A DNA stretch of 64,000 nt, taken from positions 36,065,321 to 36,129,320 of the forward strand of contig NC_057720.1 in NCBI RefSeq assembly GCF_004010195.1. The letters run 5' to 3'. Positions 11,700-23,019 of this stretch are shown here, in pieces (position 1 is the stretch's first letter; the number at the start of each line of letters is the position of its first letter). The stretch comes from Chiloscyllium plagiosum. Its lineage: Eukaryota. The position numbers and the translations under genes are program-made. The notes under the pieces were generated by a model. It had not been told where the DNA came from. It saw only the letters and a list, made by a program, of their open reading frames with translations, and did not search any database.

Positions 11700-12820
11700 A
11701 ATTAGCCTTTCTTGTCAAGTGCACTGACTAGATGTTGCCTTGCTGCATATGGGCAGGGATTACTTAAGTACTTGAGGGGTCATGAATAAAGGACAATCAT
11801 CAGCTAACATCCCCAGTTCGGATTCTGATGGAGAGAAGGTCATTGATGGAGCATCATTGAAGAATGTTGGCCTCAGAACGCAAACCTGATGGTCTCCTGC
11901 AGAGATGTTCTGGAGCTGAAATGCCTAACCTCCAACAGCCTTTGTGCTCAGTATGACTCCAGCCAGTGGGGATATATCCCTCGATTCCCATTGACTTTAG
12001 ACTCTAAGTGCCTCTTAATGCTAGAGTCAGTCAAGTGTTGCCTTGACATTAAGGGCAGTCACCCTCCCCTTACCTCTGGAATTCCTCTTATTTAACCATT
12101 TTCAAACCAAGGCTGTCATGAAGTTAGGAGACGATGCATCCCAGTGAAACCCAAACTGAGCATAAATGAACAGATTATTGCTGACTACATGCCACTTAAT
12201 AGTGCCTTCCATCTTTTTTTCTAATGCTAAAGAGTAGATTAACAGGGCAGGAATGGCCTGTGCAATTTTCCACATTGCTAAAGAGATGCCTGAGTTGTTC
12301 CTGTACTAGAATAGCTTGGCTAGGGGTGCATTTACTTCTTGAGCATATTCTTCCAGATTGTTGCCAGAATATTATCAGGGCCCATTGTGTCTTAACTATT
12401 CTTTGTTTCAGCTATCTCTTGATAATAAGTAACGTGAATCAAATTTGTCAAAGACTGGTGTTTCTGATGCTGGACCATCAGGCGGAGCCCAAGATTAATC
12501 CTGCACTTACTTTTGCTGAAGATTATTGCAAATGCTTCAACTTGGTCTTTTGCACTATAATGTTCCTTTCCCCATCATTGAGAATTGGGATGTTTTTAGA
12601 GCTATTGCTCTTTTAAGTTTAATGCCCAGCGCCATTCATGACGGAATCTGGGAGCACTGCAGGTTTTAGGTCTGATTCATTGGTTGTGGGATCATTTCTA
12701 TTTATCGCATACTACTTGTGCTATTTGACATTCAAGTCGTCCTCCTGTATCTTTGCCAATTTACACTTCATTTTAGGTATGCCTGGCACTGCTGCTGTCA
12801 TTCCCTTCTGCACTCTTCTA
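11700..12820 (-). mobile_element. family-B LINE, right piece (decayed RT region)
   Basis: caatcatcagctaacatccc and gaaggtcattgatggagca are the antisense of decayed MFADD and INDL RT motifs. It continues the piece at 8190-8381. Confidence 0.7.
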
Positions 12821-12934
12821 TGATGGATGAAAGCGAGTTGATGGTGACAGGTCCTCTGCCTTTTTCTACCTGCCCTTGAAGGGAATTGGTAAAGGATGAA
12901 AGTTGAAGTAAATGACAGCAGAGAGAGAGGACTT

Positions 12935-13170
12935 TTAAGAACATGAGCAGGAGCAGTCTATAATCCTATCCAACAAGTCTGTTGCTCTGTTCAATAAGAT
13001 CATGGCTGCAAATGTGCTTCCTGCCTGATCTTGGATCAAGAATGCCAAAAAAATCACAAGCCCATTGTTTAAAGACATTTCTCTTCATTTCCTTATCCTG
13101 CAAGAATGGCCTGGAGATCAGCCCAATTTCTAGACTCTGTCTGTCCAGGGAAAGCGATTACTTCGCATCT
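12935..13170 (-). mobile_element. degenerate CR1 3' end
   Basis: gaacatgagcaggagcag...ttcaataagatcatggctg matches the 3'UTR of the CR1 copies at 7598 and 15991. Confidence 0.55.
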
Positions 13171-14394
13171 AAATAGGTTGAGCAGGAAATTTAAAGGGTA
13201 AGATGTAAGAATATTCAAAAGAATGAGAATATGGTTGGAAGAGGTAGGGGTAATGGAACATAAAGAGTTGGGGCAATATTGAGAAAAGGGGTGGATTTAG
13301 CTTGAAAATTATGAAACAGATCAGGAAGGAAGACAGTGTAGACCATATTGACCCATATAACCAATACCCATTGGTGATTTTCTCCAAGCTTTGGCCTGCA
13401 GATAACCATGAAAATGCATGAAGGCTTTCTTTCTTGCAGCCCTCTCAGGATTCAGTTGTGATTACTAAATTATGCTGAATTAGTATGAGTTGTTTTTCTT
13501 TTTATTTTATAAACTTCACATCAAACAATATATGACAAGGAAAATATCATGGACATTAAAGTCCTGAAGGAAGCTTTGACTCATTAAACTTGGATTGGTG
13601 CTAGCTACTTAATCAAGCTTTCTATTTGGAACCTATTTCACTGCATTTCATCAGACCTATTCTCTGACCTTTTGAACTCATATTCCCATTTTCTCTCACT
13701 ATCTACACTCCACTCCACTAATACGTATACTGGAACCTTACTGTTTATGTGAAGCATCTTGGAATGTTGTAATTGTATTGTCTGCATACAAGGAGTTTGA
13801 ATGAACGCAATGTGAAACCCATAGTATTACCTCCAGAATTTGCTGATCTGTGGCCAAACTCTACTTGCCTGCATTTGGTCCATATCTTTGCTTAACAAAA
13901 AAATGATTTATCTCAAATTTAACCTTAACAGCTGACCCAGTGTCCCACTTTCATTTGTGGAAGAGAGTTCCATACGTCTACTACCCTTTGTGTGTAGAAA
14001 TGCTTCCTAATATCTCTCCTGATCCTCCTCATGTGGCCCTAATTCTCAGACTATGCCTCTTAGTTCTATAATCCCCAACCAGTACAAATTCTTTGTCTTT
14101 ATCTACTCTGTCCTTTCCAATAATATCTTGAAATTTTGATCAGATCACCTCTTCAACGTTCTAAATTCTAAAGAAAACAGGCTAGTTTGTACAATTTCTT
14201 GTCATAACTTAACCCCAAAAGTCCAAGTATTATTTTTATATTCCTTTCAAGACTAGTGTATCCTTCATAAGGTGTGGTGCCCAGATTTGCACACAGTCCT
14301 CCAAATGGGTTTTACCAGGGCTTTGTAAAACTGCAACATAACTTCTCCATCCTTGTACTCCAATCCTTTTGATAGAAAGGCCACCATTCCATTA

Positions 14395-14831
14395 GGAGAA
14401 AGTGAGGACTGCAGCTGCTGGAGTACCAGAACTGAAAAATGTCATGCTGGAAAGCACAGCAGGCCAGGCAGCATCCAAGGAGCAGGAAAATCGATGTTTC
14501 GGGCATAAGCCCTTCTTCAGGAATGAGACTGGTGTGCCAAGCAGGCTGAGATAAAGGGTAAGGGGGAGGGGCGCTGGAAATACGATAGATGGAAGGAGGT
14601 CAGGGTGATAGGCCGGAGAGGGGTGGGGGCGGAGAGGTCGGGAAGCGGATTGCAGGTCAAGAGGGCGGTGCTGCAGCCTGTCTCCCCAATGTAGAGGAGA
14701 CCACATCAGGTGCAACGGATACAGTAAATGATGTGTGTGGAGGTGCAGATGAATTTGCGACGGATATGGAAGGATCCCTTGGGGCCTTGGAGGGAGGTGA
14801 GGGGGGAGGTGTGGGCGCAAGTTTTGCACTT
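14395..14831 (-). mobile_element. internally deleted Penelope-like (Neptune-type) element with hammerhead-bearing 3' end
   Basis: 14672-14831 minus reads KCKTCAHTSPLTSLQGPKGSFHIRRKFICTSTHIIYCIRCT*CGLLYIGETG (CxxC plus GIY-YIG). It is joined to the 3' terminus shared with the mini-elements. TSD cattag at 14390-14395 and 14832-14837. Confidence 0.9.
14489..14525 (-). ncRNA. minimal hammerhead motif with CpG decay in stem III
   Basis: Minus strand: auuc-CUGAAGA-A-GGGC(uuau)GCCC-GAAA-CA-UC-gauu. Confidence 0.7.
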
Positions 14832-14879
14832 CATTAGCCTTCTTCATTATTTTCTGCACTTCTTCTTTAACACCGATCT

Positions 14880-15130
14880 GAATCCTTAAGTCTGTTTGGA
14901 CATTCACTCTATTTAACTTCATGCCATCTAGAATGCACCATTATCTAGCCTTTTTTGGTCCAAGTTTGAAAACTTCACACTTCCTTACATTGAACTCCAT
15001 CTCAACGAATCCTTAAGTCTGTTTGGACATTCACTCTATTTAACTTGCCATCTAGAATGCACCATTATCTAGCCTTTTTTGGTCCAAGTTTGAAAACTTC
15101 ACACTTCCTTACATTGAACTCCATCTCAAC
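14880..15130. repeat. tandem duplication, 127 bp + 124 bp
   Basis: 14880-15006 and 15007-15130 are identical except for a 3-nt indel (aacttcatgcc vs aacttgcc). Confidence 0.95.
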
Positions 15131-15846
15131 AGTTTTGCTCATTGATTTAGTCTGTCAATACCCCATTGTAATTTTATGCTATAGTCTACATTGTCTTCAT
15201 TGCCATCTCACTGTCACTAGCAAATTTGGTATATGACTTTCCATGCCATTATCCAAATCATTAATATATAATGTGAGTAGTTGAAGTCTTAATCCTTGTG
15301 GCCACCAATGGTCACATCCTGCACATATGCATCTCCACCCATTCCCATGTCTTTTATAGCCCTTATGTCAATGTAATGCCAGGCCATGCTCCACCACCCA
15401 TCACACTTTGCCGTTATACCACCCAGTCTGCAGACCTCACACAGTTGAATTACCAAAGTCAGACATGAATGGGGACAACTGCTGATTTATGTCGACAGTT
15501 GCCTTCATAAAATATAAATGCCTAAAAACATGACCCACCCCATGAAAATGGTAATGTCCTATTCAAGACCAGGACTCCAATCTTTGGCTTCTGTAGCTAT
15601 TGGCTTCTGCAATAAAGGAGAAGTTCTCTGACATTGTAAGAATCCAGACCTGACTGTGTAATGTCATACTTTACCAACTTGCTTGGTTTTGAAATGGCAG
15701 TTTGTGATTCCTTAATATTGAGTTTAAGGATCGGTACATTATCCTTGCAAATATAGATCAAAAAACATGATCCAGCAAAGTTTTGAATTCTTTTGACACA
15801 TAGGTGGAGGTCACGTAGAATTGTACAGCATAAGGGAGACCTTTGA

Positions 15847-15952
15847 GCGTTCTTTGGTACAGAGGTAATTCCTTTCTTCTGGGCTAGCTGCCTGGGTTTA
15901 ACTCCCACCTGTTCCAGAGATGTATTACAACACATATGAACAAGTTGATCTT
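15847..15952 (+). mobile_element. short tRNA-derived SINE
   Basis: A-box-like tggtacagagg and B-box-like gggtttaactccc, then acctgttccagagatgt...aagttgat. Homologous to 30423-30533. Confidence 0.55.
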
Positions 15953-15990
15953 TAGTACATTGTGTTTATGCTGGCTCTTTATTAAAGCTA

Positions 15991-16518
15991 TCAATAGACA
16001 ATAGGTGCAGGAATAGGCCATTCTGCCCTTCGAGCTTGCACCACCACTCAATATGATCATGGCTGATCATCCTCAATCAGTATCCTGTTCCTGCCTTATC
16101 TCCATAACCCTTGATTCCACATCCTTGAGAGCCCTATCCAACTGTTTCTTAAATGAATCCAGAGACTGGGCCTCCACTGCCCTCTGGGGCAGAGCATTCC
16201 ACACAGCCACCACTCTCTGGGTGAAGAAGTTTCTCCTCATCTCTGTCCTAAATGGTCTACCCCGTATTTTTAAGCTGTGTCCTCTGGTTCGGCACTCACC
16301 CATCAGCGGAAACATGTTTCCTGCCTCCAGAGTGTCCAATCCTTTAATAATCTTATATGTCTCAATCAGATCCCCTCTCAGTCTTCTAAACTCAAGGGTA
16401 TACAAGCCCAGTTTGCTCCAGTCTTTCAGTGTAAGGTAATCCCGCCATTCCAGGAATTGACCTCGTGAACCTACGCTGCACTCCCTCAATAGCCAGAATG
16501 TCTTTCCTCAAATTTGGA
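15991..16518 (-). mobile_element. young CR1 LINE 3' fragment
   Basis: ORF 16073-16489 reads LGLYTLEFRRLRGDLIETYKIIKGLD...RTRGHSLKI...RRNFFTQRVVAVWNALP, nearly undecayed. Confidence 0.95.
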
Positions 16519-16839
16519 TCCATCCTCTATCTTTCCCCCATTAGCACAATGTTTCCCTGTCAAATATTTATGCAAATTCTTTTTAAAGGTACACATGCTT
16601 CCACATGATTTCAGACCGTTCTTCCTCCTTATAATGCACTTTTTTTTCCCTCATCTCACTTATGGTTCTTTTACGTTAAGTTCATGTCTACTCGTTACCG
16701 ACTTTCCTCTCAGTTAATCCCCATTTACTGAAAATAAAAACTTGTAGCACTCTGCAAGATTCTCTGTATTTGATCTACAACACAAAGTTGTCACTGGACA
16801 TATTTGAATATTGATTTTTGTATAGCATGCAAACCTTCT

Positions 16840-17880
16840 GATTAAAAGAAACACTAATGTGCACCAGCTCAATCTTGTATCTGCCCAGGTCATCAGAGAC
16901 ATTCCAAACAGTCAACTGATGTGGATTGGCTTCCGCTTTAGTGTTCGAAAGCAAACTTCTGACAGTAGTAGTAGCAACACTGTCAGACCGCATTTAGTTA
17001 GTGACACAAATCTAATTAACAACTGGCAACATGTCAGTGAGGGGAGGTAGAACAGAAGGACGTGCTTTAGAAATCCCTTTGCTGTCAGCTTGTTTTTTTT
17101 CCTTGCTAAATTCCTACAAGATTCTGCTGCTATGTCTCAGAGCTCATCAGAAAGGGATAATTAGGATGTCTCAGTGCCTGGACCTTGAACAGAGTCCTGG
17201 GATTAGTCTTTAGTTAACGACATCAGTCCCTACAATCTCACTCCTTTTTGGCCTTCAAATGTTACAGACATAATGACAAAAAAATCAGAGAAAGATCAGC
17301 ACAGGCCAAATTAGCTAAGGAGATAGACTGCATTGGTGATGTTAGACTCTGACCCTTGTTGATCCCTCAGCCTTCACAGGCAATATTATGCAAATTGCTT
17401 CCAGCTGATGGCACAATTCAAGCCATAATGGTCCAAGGCCTGATTGACAGAGGAGATAAGGTGACGTGTTGGATTCATTTGCAGCTTGCAAGTTGACAAG
17501 CAAAGGATTATGAACAGAACCAGAGATGGGAGATAATTGAACTTCATTTAGGCTTATTCGTTTAAATTTAACTCTCTTTTCTGTTCTTAAAACGTCAATA
17601 TTCACAAGTCATTACTAAACAGCAGTTCAAGGTTAGCAGCAATGTCATTGGTAAAGAAAGGCTTCTATAATGAGACAATGTTGCTGGGTACAAATTGGAA
17701 TCCTCACCTTGTGAAGATTTTGAAAATAACATACATTGTTTTTAATGACTAGAATATGGCTGCCAGTTAGTGGAAAGGAGGGATTCATCCTTTAAAAGAA
17801 AATGGTAATATGTATGTTTACAGCTAAATCAAAGTGGAAGTGAGCGGTTAGCATGATTAGTCAGTGTGAATCCATGCAGA
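16840..17880. promoter_or_regulatory. candidate conserved non-coding enhancer block
   Basis: Apparently TE-free. Contains a perfect PBX-PREP/MEIS decamer TGATTGACAG (17441-17450), octamer ATGCAAAT (17388-17395), inverted TGACAG pair (16958-16987) and CTAATTAA. Conservation was not tested. Confidence 0.35.
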
Positions 17881-17899
17881 GCTTGCATTTGATGTTGAA

Positions 17900-18886
17900 A
17901 GTTCTAAGACAGGAGCCAGTACTGGGTTATCTTTTGTTTGTTATTTATAAAAATGATTTGGATGAGAATATAGGCGGCATGGTAAGTAAGTTTGCAGATG
18001 ATGCCAAAATTGATGGTGATGGCGTAGTGGACAGTGAAGAAGGTGATCTAAGATTGCAAAGAGATCTTGATCAATTGGGTAAATGAGTGGAGGCACGGCA
18101 GATGGATTTTAATTTAGTTAAATATGAGGTATTGCATTTTGGTAATACAAACGAGGACAACATTTATACATTAATGGTAGGGCATTGGGTCGTGTTGTCG
18201 AGCAAACAGACCATAAGTACATAATTCTTTGAAATTTGTATCAGAGGTCGACAGGGAAGTTAAGAAGACATTTAGCTCGCTTGTCTTCATTATTCATACC
18301 ATCGAGTGCAGGAGTTGGGACATCATGTTGAGTTTGTACAGGATGCTTGTGAGGCTTCTTCTGAAATACCCTGTGCAGTTCTGGTCACCTCGTTATACAA
18401 AAAGTATTATTAAACTGGAGAGGGTATAGAAGAGATTTACCAGGATGTTTCTGGGAATGAAGGGTTTGAGACATAAAAATAGACTGGAAAGACTGGAACT
18501 TTTTTCAACGGAGCTTAGGAGGTTGAGGGGTGATCTTATTAAAATTTACAAAATCATGAGCATAGATAGGGTGAATGGCAAAGGTGTTTTCCCTATGGTG
18601 GGAAGTTCAAAACTAGAGGGCATATTTCAAGGTATGAGGAGAAAGGTTCAGAAAGGCATGAGAGGCAACTTCTTTTTATACAGAGAGTGGTTTGTGTTTG
18701 GAATGAACTGCCAGAAAAAGTGTTGGATATAGGTACAGTTAAGTTCATGCATAGGTCCATGAATAGGAAATGTTTGGAGGGATATGGGTCACTCGCAGGC
18801 AGGTGGGACTAGTTTGGTTTGGGAACATGTCGGCATAGTCTGATTGAACTGAAGGGTCAATTTCCATGCTGCATGGCTCTATGACT
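17900..18886 (+). mobile_element. CR1 LINE 3' kb
   Basis: Reads YKNDLDENIGGMVSKFADDAKI, LVRLLLKYPVQFWSPRY and RRLRGDLIKIYKIM, ending in the 3' tail ctctatgact. Confidence 0.93.
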
Positions 18887-20749
18887 TGTATCAGTAGTTA
18901 TTAAGGATAAGCAGGAGATTATAAATGATGGCGTTAACATTTTGTAATTTTTTTTCAAGTATGTGCACCTACTCTGTCGCAATCCCAGTGGGACTGGAAT
19001 TATCTGTTTGGTCTGCTGATGTGCCAATTGAGGCTGTTAAATGTCCAATTAATTCCCACTTAAAGTCCTCAATTCACTGCCAGTTTAGTTGGTGGAGCGA
19101 GAGGCCCTTGCCAAGTGGCCAGCTTGGCAAGTTTTGCTCAAGCAGACTGATGGCCGGTAGATAGTGGAGAATCCCTGCCTAACCTGAACCCTTGGCCTGT
19201 CATAGGGTTTTTCAAAGGTTTTAATCTTCACCCTATTTGCTTTTCTTAGCCCTACTCAACAAGATCTGCCATGTTTGTACCCAGTGAGACTCCAAAAGAG
19301 TGGCTGATACCCCTTTATTTCAATGTCTTAGCTGACCTCTGATTGGCCAACATCTCTCTGAGATAGGAGTTATTATTCCTGGAGAAACAAAAATTCTACT
19401 TCTAGTGGTTTAATGGAAATTTGTCTGTTAAAGATCATGCAGGTCCATCACAAACTTTTAGCCAATGGAATTGGGGGTGTTGCAGGGCATCTGGCTATCA
19501 TATAATGATGCATGTTGTGTACATTAAATACTAATGATTTGATCAATGACAATTTGTTTACCCTAGAGTTTTCTTGGAATTAATTCATCAGTTTGAGATG
19601 AACTGTGGAGAGCATTTACTGTGGACGTGCATCCATTAGAAACTCCCCAAATGCATTTTTCTTACATCTGTGACAGGTGGAAAGCAACCCATGTGCCATT
19701 GATATGAATTAGATTAGATTGGATTAACATCCAGAACACAATCTGAGGTGATTAATCCTACCAATGTGGTTTCATAATGCCTTTTGGAAACAGAAACTCC
19801 AAACAGTATGATAGTAGCTATAAATTGCTTTCTTACTTTCTTTTGTTATAGAAGGAAGAGTATTAATATTTAAAATGTGAGTGCTGGTAATTACATTGAA
19901 AGAGTTGGTGTGGAAAATTAATTGAGTCTAAGTTAGGAAGTTATGCACATCACAAAAACAAAATCTTCAAGCCAGTAGATTAATTGCCTGATTTTTTAAA
20001 TTAATTCAGTGCACCTTACTTTTTTGCATTCAAATGTTCCTCTGTTCCCTCAAGCCAAAATGGCATCACTTAAAAAAAGCTGAAATCATATTAGAGAACA
20101 TTTTCACTTCTTTTAATGGGTTGATTTTTAATGGACAAAAGTCTTCTTTTAATTAATCAACAGAAGAGCCTTTGTTTATTCTGAGAAAATGAGGAAGAAA
20201 ATCATGTTGAATACTTTCTTTGTAAATATTTAAAGATTTATATATTATTAGTCTATTTGTGACCAGATAGTGAAGTAGGTGGCCATGTACTCCCAAGACT
20301 GGTTTTGCCTGTTCATGCAGCAACACGCCAAACAATTGTAAATCATGAGTGCCTTGAGATATTCAACTACCCTAAAGCTACTATAAATACAAGTGTTTTT
20401 GGTGACGGAAGTTGAATGATTTAAGAAAGACAGCTTTTGTAATAAAAATTGATTTCACTATAACATAGGCTAAAGCTGGAGCACATGCACCGGGATCATG
20501 ATGCATGATTGATCTATGCCTATTATTCCAGTGAAGACAGTGTGCAAATTTTGTACTGCTTGCTAATGTAAATGATAGCCCAGTACTATATGTGCAATTG
20601 AGTGATTGCACAACACAGTAGGCAACCACAAGTGGGTTCAAGGCGAGTATCATTCAATGCTAGCCTGCTTGACCTAAAGACAACTTTCACCTCTCAAAGG
20701 AGGTATACATTCTGGCCATAACAGCTACTGGAACAGCTGCTCAAGGGCA

Positions 20750-21000
20750 GATAGAATGCTGAGCAGTGGTCCACCTGCTTTGACCACTTTGGATAAGCCT
20801 TTTCATTCACTGGATCTGATATCCTTAGTTGTGGTGGTCTGCTGTACCCATCACATCCTTGCTATCATGTTGGCGCAACACCTCATCAGTTATGAATTCA
20901 GCATGCATCGTAGACAAGGAGAAGAAAGAAGAGGAAGAGAAGGAGGAGGAAGGGAGGAGGCAGCTGACACATTCACTTTTTAGATAACTCATCAGCAGGG
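20750..21000 (+). mobile_element. fossil PIF/Harbinger transposase, C-terminal part
   Basis: LVVVVCCTHHILAIMLAQ resembles the (I/V)xxCxxLHN motif and is followed by a GA-rich acidic-tract remnant. The upstream DNA resembles decayed LKxRFRCLD. Confidence 0.6.
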
Positions 21001-21183
21001 GCCTCCTTTGACTCTGATCACCATAAATGTAATTCCAGATTCATGTTACAAAACAGGCCCCCACCTTACTGTCTTTTTGTTACAGGCAATTACAGTGCGC
21101 ACATGACTATAAACCTATAATAAAAACCATCAGAGCACAAAACAGCCATTATTTCCTTAAAAGTCAATGAATCTTACTTGTGT

Positions 21184-21421
21184 AAAAGCCAAAAGAACTG
21201 CAGATGCTGTAAGTCAGAAACAAAAACAGAAATTGCTGGAAAAGCTCTGCAAGTCTGGCAGTATCTATTGAGAGAAATCATATGAAGGTTTCAGGTCGAG
21301 TGACTCTTCCTCAGAACCCTTCTATTCTGAGGAAGGGTCACTTGACCCAAAACGTTAACTCTGATTTCTCTCCACAGATGCTGCCAGACCTGCTGAACTT
21401 TTCCGACAATTTCTCTTTTTG
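21184..21421. mobile_element. fold-back PLE-derived mini-element (second family)
   Basis: Inverted arms around about 21320. Plus-strand hammerhead at 21324-21359: CUGAGGA-A-GGGUC(acuu)GACCC-aAAA-CG-UU. A decayed copy is on the minus strand. Only the left arm has the terminal tail. Confidence 0.85.
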
Positions 21422-21699
21422 AACCTTGCCTGTTTATTCTGTTAATGCTTGCCTTCCAAGTATGTGCATGTACCTTCAAGCTACTCCGACACAATTCTGT
21501 CTCAGTGATTGCAGTATTAGTTGAAGTGTGGTTTGCAGATGAGATGGATGTGGAGGGTTGTGTACAAGTGGATGTTTGGTGGGCAACAGTAGCTGATTGG
21601 TCTGTGGACTAGTGACCTGCAATCAATGCCAAAGGCTGTCTGCTTGCCAATAATTGTGTGATTGATTCTCAGGTAGCTGAATGGCTTGGGGCCATGAAC

Positions 21700-22292
21700 A
21701 AGACAGACTTTCAGTTCAGGAGTTTTGTGTCTTCTCTGTAATAAAAGTTACTGAAGAAAACCAATTTATTTTCCCTTCAGCAGTGCTGTAAAATGCAACT
21801 TTTAATTAGTAAATCAGGCGACCTTTTATTAGTGTGAAACAGACCCTGTACCTTCCATAAATCATTAAAAGCATTAAGAGAAAGAAGACTGAGAAGCAGC
21901 AACCTGATCAGCATAAGAACCATCTCAGCAGATCCTGTGAACAGAGACCACTGAACTACTTTCCCTGTTTTCCCTCCATCCACAGCACCAATTATTTTTA
22001 AATCTATCTGTCCTCGTACATGTGTGTAAGGTGAGTTTACAAGGGGTTAGAGTTTTACTTATTGTTATATGGCAAAGGTTCATATTATTTACCTATAGCA
22101 AAAGTCTAATTATTTATAATAAATTGTAATTTTTGTTAAGTGCAGAAATCAAGTCAACGTTTCGTGTACCTGGGTCTAAAAGTCAAGTAAACTGGGGAAT
22201 CTTTGCACACCTTTAAAATATTAAATGCTTGTAGTGACTCCAGGATAATGGGGCTTGATTTCCAGCATGTTACTCCAGTAAAACACAGCACA
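21700..22292 (+). mobile_element. possible solo-LTR remnant
   Basis: AATAAA at about 22119 is followed by a U5-like end (gtagtgactccaggataatggggcttgatttccagc...aca). The 5' boundary and TSD were not found. Confidence 0.25.
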
Positions 22293-22309
22293 ACTATGAC
22301 TAGAATGTT

Positions 22310-22960
22310 TTTTTTCTATTCTCTATAATAAAGACAAAATATCTGTTCATTTAATTCACCATTTCCTCATTATTTACTATTAACTCCCCATTCTTGCCTC
22401 TTGATGACCAACACTCACTGTACTTGCTCTTTATCTTTTTATAAAGCTTTAGGAACTCTATCAAATTTTACATTCCTAGTTTGCTTCCTTTTTTACTGTA
22501 ATGACTTCCTCCTGATTAATATTTTAGTCATTCTCTACCATTCTGTATATTCTGAATAATTATCTATCCTGTTACTCAAATTTGTGCAATTGTGTGCTTT
22601 TACCTTAAGCTTGATGTTTTCCTTAAAATTTTAGTAAACCATGGCTTGTGAGTCCTCCATTTAGAACTTTTCTTTATAGTAAGAATATACTTATTCTCAG
22701 TATTTTGAAATATCCCCTTAAATGCCTGTCACAGTGTCTCTCGTGATCTATCCCTGGCCTAGTATGCAAGACCTTTTCGCCTGGCTCCACTTTCTGCCCA
22801 CACAGTTTCCCTTATTTAAGTTTAAAATACTAGACTTAGACCCAATCTTCTCCCTCTCAAACTGGATGTAAAATTCAATCATATTGTGGTCACTGCTATC
22901 TAGGGGTGCCTTTACGCTGAGGTTACTAATTAATCCTATCTATTAATACCAAGTCTGAGC
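22310..22960 (-). mobile_element. highly decayed CR1 ORF2 internal fragment
   Basis: aattcaatcatattgtggtcactgctatctagggg is the antisense of PLDSSDHNMIEF, the end of the APE endonuclease. The linker region follows. Confidence 0.7.
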
Positions 22961-23019
22961 AGGATTGTCACAAATTTAGGAGAATGGTTTTAGGCTACAG
23001 TCTGATATTGATTGACTTA

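Larger units (their letters stand above)
13830..15325 (-). mobile_element. decayed CR1 LINE containing a Penelope fragment and a tandem duplication
   Basis: Antisense of LQFYKALVKPIWRTVC-like ORF2 sequence, with the RT motif remnant cactagcaaattt...atccaaatcattaatata. Confidence 0.8.

Noticed and set aside
14392..14922. 176-aa Pro/His-rich ORF
   Set aside because: Off-frame reading of the Penelope fragment and flanking CR1.
18950..19400. Recurrent caattaat..ccacttaa-type segments (also about 4790-4960, 40780-40990, 61200-61470)
   Set aside because: Probably relics of an old non-autonomous repeat, but boundaries, TIRs and family could not be defined by eye.
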